Positions 60,301 to 64,000 of a stretch of 64,000 bases of DNA are shown one piece after another. Positions within the stretch are counted from its first letter, which is position 1. The number at the start of each line of letters is the position of its first letter. The notes beneath the pieces were generated by a model. That model ran no database searches. It saw only the letters and a program-made list of their open reading frames with translations, and was not told where the DNA came from. Source of the stretch: Podarcis vaucheri (lineage: Eukaryota). A program made the position numbers and the translations under genes. Location: assembly GCA_965113315.1 (NCBI GenBank), contig OZ220370.1; one strand, 5' to 3'.

Positions 60301-62706
60301 TAGATGCTGTTTTGACAACTGCCCGGCGTTCAGCATGGTATGCATTCAGCGAAATAATCCATACACTCTCATGCTCCTATGACAATGAGAAGAGGAGAGC
60401 TGGTGCCCAGATGATCATTGACCTGAGGGGCAGAGATTATGAAACACTGGGAGATCTTTCTGTATGTCTAGAGAGACACCTTCCACCAGTGCTTTGTCCT
60501 TGTTGGAGCTGATACACTGGTCAAACAGGATATATGAACCTCCTTTGACATGTAAACTTACTACAGAGGAAGTAGAGAAGTTCACTGACAAGCCCATGCA
60601 AATTCCACAGTGGCCCTATCAGGTTCGGTCTATAGAGAGGTGTGTGAAACAAATGGCAGAGGCAACGGTCAGGGTAAGGTAAAGGTAAAGGGACCCCTGA
60701 CCATTAGATCCAGTCGTGGCCGACTCTGGGGTTGCAGTGCTCATCTCGCTTTATTGGCCGAGGGAGCCAGCGTACAGCTTCCGGGTCATGTGGCCAGCAT
60801 GATTAAGCTGCTTCTGGTGAACCAGAGCAGCGCACGGGAACGCCGTTTACCTTCCAGCCGGAGCGGTACCTATTTATCTACTTGCACTTTGACGTACTTT
60901 TGAACTGCTAGGTTGGCAGGAGCAGGGACAGAGCAATGGGAGCTCACCCCGTCGCGGGAATTCGAACCGCCGACCTTCTGATCGGCAAGTCCTAGGCTCT
61001 GTGGTTTAACCCACTGCGCCACCCGCGTCCCGGGTGACGCTGTGGGTTAAACGGCCAGGGTATATGGACATAAAAAGTGTGAGGGCTAAATCAGGCCAAG
61101 AAGCAAGTTGGAGGCTGATGTTCAAGAGCAAATCAAAGCAAGACTTAATGAAACTTAATTAAATTTCTTATTAGCTGATGTCATTAGTTTCTAATGTTGT
61201 TTTATGATTACAGTGTATCCTTAGTAGCATGTGCTTTATGCAGAGAAACTAAAAATTTTACAGCATTACCCAACATTTTCAGAAGGTAAAATTAAAATTA
61301 TTTGGTTTTCCAAGAGTAGTTGATGCGCTTTTTAATCAAATGAAGATTTGCTATTCTAAATGTTGTCAAGTCACAAAAATAATAGCATATTTGAATTCCT
61401 CACACCCCCAAAACATATTTTTAAGACCCCTCGCTGAATAAATTTGCAAAAACCAAGCTTCACCCCTTCAAATGACATGTCCCATTGTGGTAGACCCATT
61501 CATAATCTTAGTGGAGACAAAGACCAGAATGGGCTGACTTGTCCCCCTAGCTGGTTTCCTGAATTTGGTGCCAAAGCTTTTTATTGGGTGAAGGTTAGTG
61601 AGGGAAAACAACACTTTCCCCAGGAATACATCCTAGTGTTCTGGTTGAGTTTTAGAGCACACGAGCAGAACTATGACTATGGACAGCTGCTGTGGGAATA
61701 AGCATTGTGACAAAGTTTGAGAATCACAGCCATCTCAAATATGTCAACAACATTTATGCAGCAATTGGCCAGAGTAATCTCAAATGTCAAAAATAGCTAT
61801 AGACTCATTGTCTTACATAAAGCAACCAAAATATCTGCTGGAACTAGTCACATATCTAATAAACGAACCATAGAGCAAGGCAGATTTAATTTGCAAAAAT
61901 GTTTTTGAGGCAGACATAAAGTCCAGTGTTTTGTGGAATTGAGATCATGTGTGCTAGCAAAACATTGCTGAAATGCTCTTGGAAATAACCAAATTAGTAT
62001 AAAAGGAACAAACGGTTACTATTTTTTAATGTTATAAAAAAGAGCTTGTGTGCAAATATCAACATTAAAAGAGCTGTCAGCAGAATGATCAAGCAGTTAG
62101 ATGCCTTGTTTTTGATAGGACTCCTACTGTTGTCAAACATATCAAAATATGTAAAATATTGAAGTATTATCTCCCGATTTAAAAACTGGAAGCAAAAACA
62201 TGAGCATAAATAGAAAACGCCCATTTAATTGATACAGATAAAAGTCTACCTAGGACAGCTCAGTCAAGAATGAGACTCTTAATCTCAGGGTCGTGCGTTT
62301 AAGCCTCATATTGGGCAAAAGATTCCTGCATTTCTGGGGGTTGGACTAGATGACCCGTGTGGCCCCTTCCAATTCTATGAGTCTATGATTGGAAGAAAAC
62401 TTAACAGAAAAAATAGATTCAATGGACTTTGGGGTTTAAAATCCAAGCTTGTATAACATTTTTGGAATAAAACTGGATGATCCTGCTTATTATTAAAACT
62501 ATGTTCCAACCTATTTTAAAATAAGCATATTTATCTTCAGCTGACAAATGTTGGGGGGGATAAATATATCTTGCTATTAACGCAGCATTATTTCCCCTAT
62601 CTAAACAGCACTCCAAGTATTAGACTGGCAGCAAGCATTTACTTACCTAATATACCTTCGGATCTTATGTACTCTTTTAGGAATAAGACAGAAATAACTG
62701 CACTAC
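35764..62706 (-). CDS. NIPAL2: NIPAL2, NIPA-like domain containing 2 (putative Mg2+ transporter), 5'-partial, 8 exons in window
   Basis: Minus-strand exons 62706-62647, 57221-57100, 52890-52794, 46657-46522, 41693-41605, 39252-39189, 36305-36211, 35858-35764 splice in frame to a multi-TM NIPA-family protein ending KIQPDSTSLSYGSLCNEGDSVKTQS*. NIPAL2 rather than NIPAL3 is supported by the tail-to-tail synteny with POP1 known from human. Confidence 0.94.
36211..36305 (-). CDS. NIPAL2: NIPAL2 exon (CFLSFVGVFILTRKKGKECLKSFYIDYGHIP)
   Basis: ttccacag acceptor, G|gtaag donor, 95 nt. Confidence 0.93.
37141..37173. repeat. (AC)n microsatellite
   Basis: Read directly. Confidence 0.95.
39189..39252 (-). 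CDS. NIPAL2: NIPAL2 exon (GAIFYQEFRGTGLLSGFMFLFG)
   Basis: aatccag acceptor, GG|gtaag donor, 64 nt. Confidence 0.93.
41055..41150 (-). mobile_element. LINE 3' tail fragment (L2-like) with (TAA)n microsatellite
   Basis: Reverse complement ttagctaccctgagcccgacttcggctagggagggcgggatataaataaaag resembles the tail at about 59685-59752. Confidence 0.6.
41161..41245. mobile_element. Penelope-like element fragment
   Basis: gtagcaccttaaagaccaactaag...tgagctttcgtgtgcatgcacacttcttcaga matches the reptile Penelope terminal motif as I recall it; a related piece lies near 30250-30290. Confidence 0.55.
41348..41547. other. Assembly gap (200 N)
   Basis: Run of exactly 200 N. Confidence 1.
41605..41693 (-). 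CDS. NIPAL2: NIPAL2 exon (VLNEAMKLYGAEEVIPINYIFFSISAIVA)
   Basis: cttctcatag acceptor, G|gttag donor, 89 nt. Confidence 0.92.
41910..42330 (+). mobile_element. CR1 LINE 3' end
   Basis: Degenerate LKELG.FSLEKRRLRGD coding end; CR1 3' UTR ending ccttccaactctaagattctatgattctat. Confidence 0.88.
42430..42567. mobile_element. Palindromic hAT MITE (family of 11192-11329)
   Basis: cagcggttctcaacctgtggg...cagattgagatccgctg hairpin. Confidence 0.87.
42576..42829. mobile_element. hAT-Charlie non-autonomous element
   Basis: catgggtagaaaaact...aaagtttgctgacccctg; 8-bp TSD gcatagag (42568-75, 42830-37). Confidence 0.85.
45308..45554 (-). mobile_element. Squam3B-type SINE
   Basis: Reverse complement of the 23660 / 28607 family. 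Confidence 0.85.
46522..46657 (-). CDS. NIPAL2: NIPAL2 exon (ASLNVVSVKAVATMITLSVRGNMQLTYPVFYIMLILMAVTCAYQVK)
   Basis: ttttccag acceptor, AA|gtaagt donor, 136 nt; absent from ORF track. Confidence 0.93.
47474..47703. mobile_element. Tc1/mariner (Tigger-like) MITE with repeated cgtcttgcga motif
   Basis: TA|cagtggtgcctcgcaagac...gtcttgcgaggtaccattg|TA; CpG-rich. Confidence 0.85.
48353..48387. repeat. (CA)n microsatellite
   Basis: Read directly. Confidence 0.95.
50306..51066 (+). mobile_element. Solo LTR (Gypsy/ERV-type), 761 bp, in a NIPAL2 intron
   Basis: TGTTG...CAACA termini; 4-bp flanks catg / caca; TATA-like ctatattta near 50515; agtaaagttgtggcc poly(A)-like motif near 50970; CpG-rich relative to its flanks. 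Confidence 0.75.
52794..52890 (-). CDS. NIPAL2: NIPAL2 exon (ILAVIAFCILLYFHKRKKVNHIVILLTMVAVL)
   Basis: cttttcag acceptor, G|gtaag donor, 97 nt. Confidence 0.93.
53907..54289 (-). mobile_element. RTE-clade LINE 3' fragment (not BovB), inserted into an older SINE
   Basis: MPDY.LPKQLLYS.L..GK...GGQ.KRFKDSLK..LK.C and a degenerate C-terminal zinc knuckle (CSHRGRMCGSRTGL); (GAA)n tail; TSD catct. Confidence 0.85.
56575..56829. mobile_element. Tc1/mariner-like MITE with imperfect TIRs
   Basis: TA|cagtggatg...gaggtatggcta|TA, repeated cgttcgcaaccc subterminal motif, internal hairpin. Confidence 0.65.
57100..57221 (-). CDS. NIPAL2: NIPAL2 exon (GGTVTMAGTFLVVTFAP...WQFLIYV)
   Basis: ttttgaaag acceptor, GTG|gtgagt donor, 122 nt. 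Confidence 0.93.
57668..57830 (-). mobile_element. SINE with tRNA-Asn-like head and CR1 3' tail
   Basis: Reverse complement head ggctcaatgggtcagtgtgtcttgctgttaagcagtaggttggtggttcaagcccacccagggatg resembles tRNA-Asn(GTT); it is followed by attcctgcattg...ccttccaactctacaattctgtg. Confidence 0.7.
59430..59752 (+). mobile_element. LINE 3' UTR/tail fragment (L2-like)
   Basis: Ends ttagccgccgtgagcctgg...ggggtataaataaaagaattattatt. Confidence 0.55.
59753..61490 (+). pseudogene. Decayed DDE transposase (hAT-like) of a DNA transposon, interrupted by a Sauria SINE
   Basis: Frameshifted translation LSRKLIWLL*ALHNNKLPLWHLF...DLSTDQAYGY...IGPVSHSRWLTTANRF...YPCWFNSKVKHS..EGPHH...RRSAWYAFSE...EPPLT...SIERCVKQMAEATVRV[SINE]YGHKKCEG*IR. 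The right boundary is approximate. Confidence 0.8.
60677..61031 (-). mobile_element. Sauria SINE, full length, nested in the transposase fossil
   Basis: 13-bp TSD aacggtcagggta (60664-76) / aacggccagggta (61050-62). Confidence 0.92.
62255..62390 (+). mobile_element. SINE with tRNA-Lys-like head and CR1 3' tail (Squam2-like)
   Basis: agctcagtc...atgagactcttaatctcagggtcgtg resembles tRNA-Lys(CTT); then attcctgcatt...ggttggactagatgacc...ccttccaattctatgagtctatgatt. Confidence 0.75.
62647..62706 (-). CDS. NIPAL2: NIPAL2 exon (GSAVISVLFLKEYIRSEGIL)
   Basis: ttccccag acceptor, G|gtaagt donor, 60 nt. Confidence 0.92.
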
Positions 62707-63222
62707 CTGGGGAACAAACAGTCATTGTTAAATGTTACATAATAAGAGACTATATTAAAGATGATGAAGTCGCCTGCGATAACATTGCTTAACAATAATA
62801 ACAAGAAAAGCACCCATTTGCCTCCACAGTAGCAATATAATCCTGGCAGATCCTGGTGCTGGAACTAGAGTCCTAGTTTACTTCCACACACTTAAAAAAA
62901 AAAAATCCATGGAAAATTGGCTACAATCCAAGAGACAGGGCTTGTGAAAGGAGTGCTCTGCACAGCACATCCCTCAAACAGTTATTTGGGGGCTCTTAAA
63001 CTGCCACCAATACTACCCACTTCTCCTTGTGCATACATAACTTGGGCACCCTCCTGGCAACAAATGGTTGTGGAGTTTCAACAGTGCCTTCCACATGACT
63101 TTACAGGCTTTGATATGTGCCATTTCCACCATGATTTCTGCTTCTTTCCAACTCTAATCCCTGCCAGACATGGACAGGGGCATTGTGGTTCCCATTGCTC
63201 AATAGAATTTAATTCCCTTTTA

Positions 63223-63448
63223 CAGTGGTACCTCAGGTTACATACGCTTCAGTTTACAGACTCCGCTAACCCAGAAATAGTGCTTCAGGTTATGAACTTT
63301 GCTTCAGGATGAGAACAGAAATTGTGCTCCGGTGGCGCGGCAGCAGCAGGAGGCCCCATTAGCTAAAGTGGAGCTTCAGGTTAAGAACAGTTTCAGGTTA
63401 AGTACGGACCTCCGGAACGAATTAAGTACTTAACCTGAGGTACCACTG
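63223..63448. mobile_element. Tc1/mariner (Tigger-like) MITE
   Basis: TA|cagtggtacctcaggtta...taacctgaggtaccactg|TA; same family as 19185-19403. Confidence 0.88.
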
Positions 63449-64000
63449 TATTGTGATCACATCTCAAGAACATTCTTACGAGACCTTGATAGGTGGTACA
63501 TATACACGTCACAACAGGGATGTGAATTATGCACCATGGGAAATTCCTTTCAGGCAGTATCTCAGCCCCACAGAGACTTGCTTAATTTACAAATGCAGCA
63601 AAATGAAGTGATTAAAATCCTGAAGTAGTACAAATAAACAGCACAGATATTCTGGTGCAACCCACTACGCAGTGGGCTTGTGTTGTATTTGTAGCGATTT
63701 TTTTCATCTAATAGAACATTTAAAAAAGTTTCTGTTTTCAAAAAAAAAGAAGTAAATCTAGCATATTTCCATTTTGTCAATGACCCATAGAAACAGCCAA
63801 TGAAGAAAATGGCATTTGCAGCAGAAAACTCACATATGGTTCTTCCAAGCATTGCAAAACATTTGTTAAAATCAGTGTCCTGTTTCAAATGCTGTCAAGG
63901 GATTAAAAAGAGATAAACAGCAGTGTGTACACTTGCTTCATCAGCAGGAAACCTCCCCCTGAGGACACATAACTTTCTTCTCCCTAGAAATAATTTAAGT

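Noticed and set aside
62255-62320. tRNA-Lys gene (also tRNA-Asn-like at about 57765-57830 and the Squam3 heads)
   Set aside because: Arms are degenerate and fused directly to LINE-derived tails, so these are SINE heads.

Overview
Vertebrate genomic DNA, most likely from a lacertid lizard (inferred from Sauria SINE and (CTT)n-tailed Squam3B-type SINEs plus BovB). Two protein-coding genes face each other tail-to-tail. POP1 (RNase P/MRP subunit) is on +, with 13 phase-consistent GT-AG exons from 32 to the stop at 17070; its 5' exons lie left of the window. NIPAL2 (NIPA-like Mg2+ transporter family) is on -, with 8 exons from 62706 to the stop at 35764; its 5' exons lie right of the window. The rest is intron or intergenic DNA packed with transposable elements: Sauria, Squam3 and tRNA-CR1 SINEs; BovB, RTE, CR1, L2 and Penelope fragments; Tc1/pogo and hAT MITEs; two solo LTRs; and a decayed hAT-like transposase of a type I know mainly from invertebrates. 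There is one 200-N assembly gap. Nearly all short ORFs in the track are noise. I found no convincing new biological system. The best leads are the transposase fossil, repeated oddities at retroposon 5' junctions, and hAT MITE pairs sharing one target site. Comparisons with human proteins and TE consensuses are from memory, not database searches.
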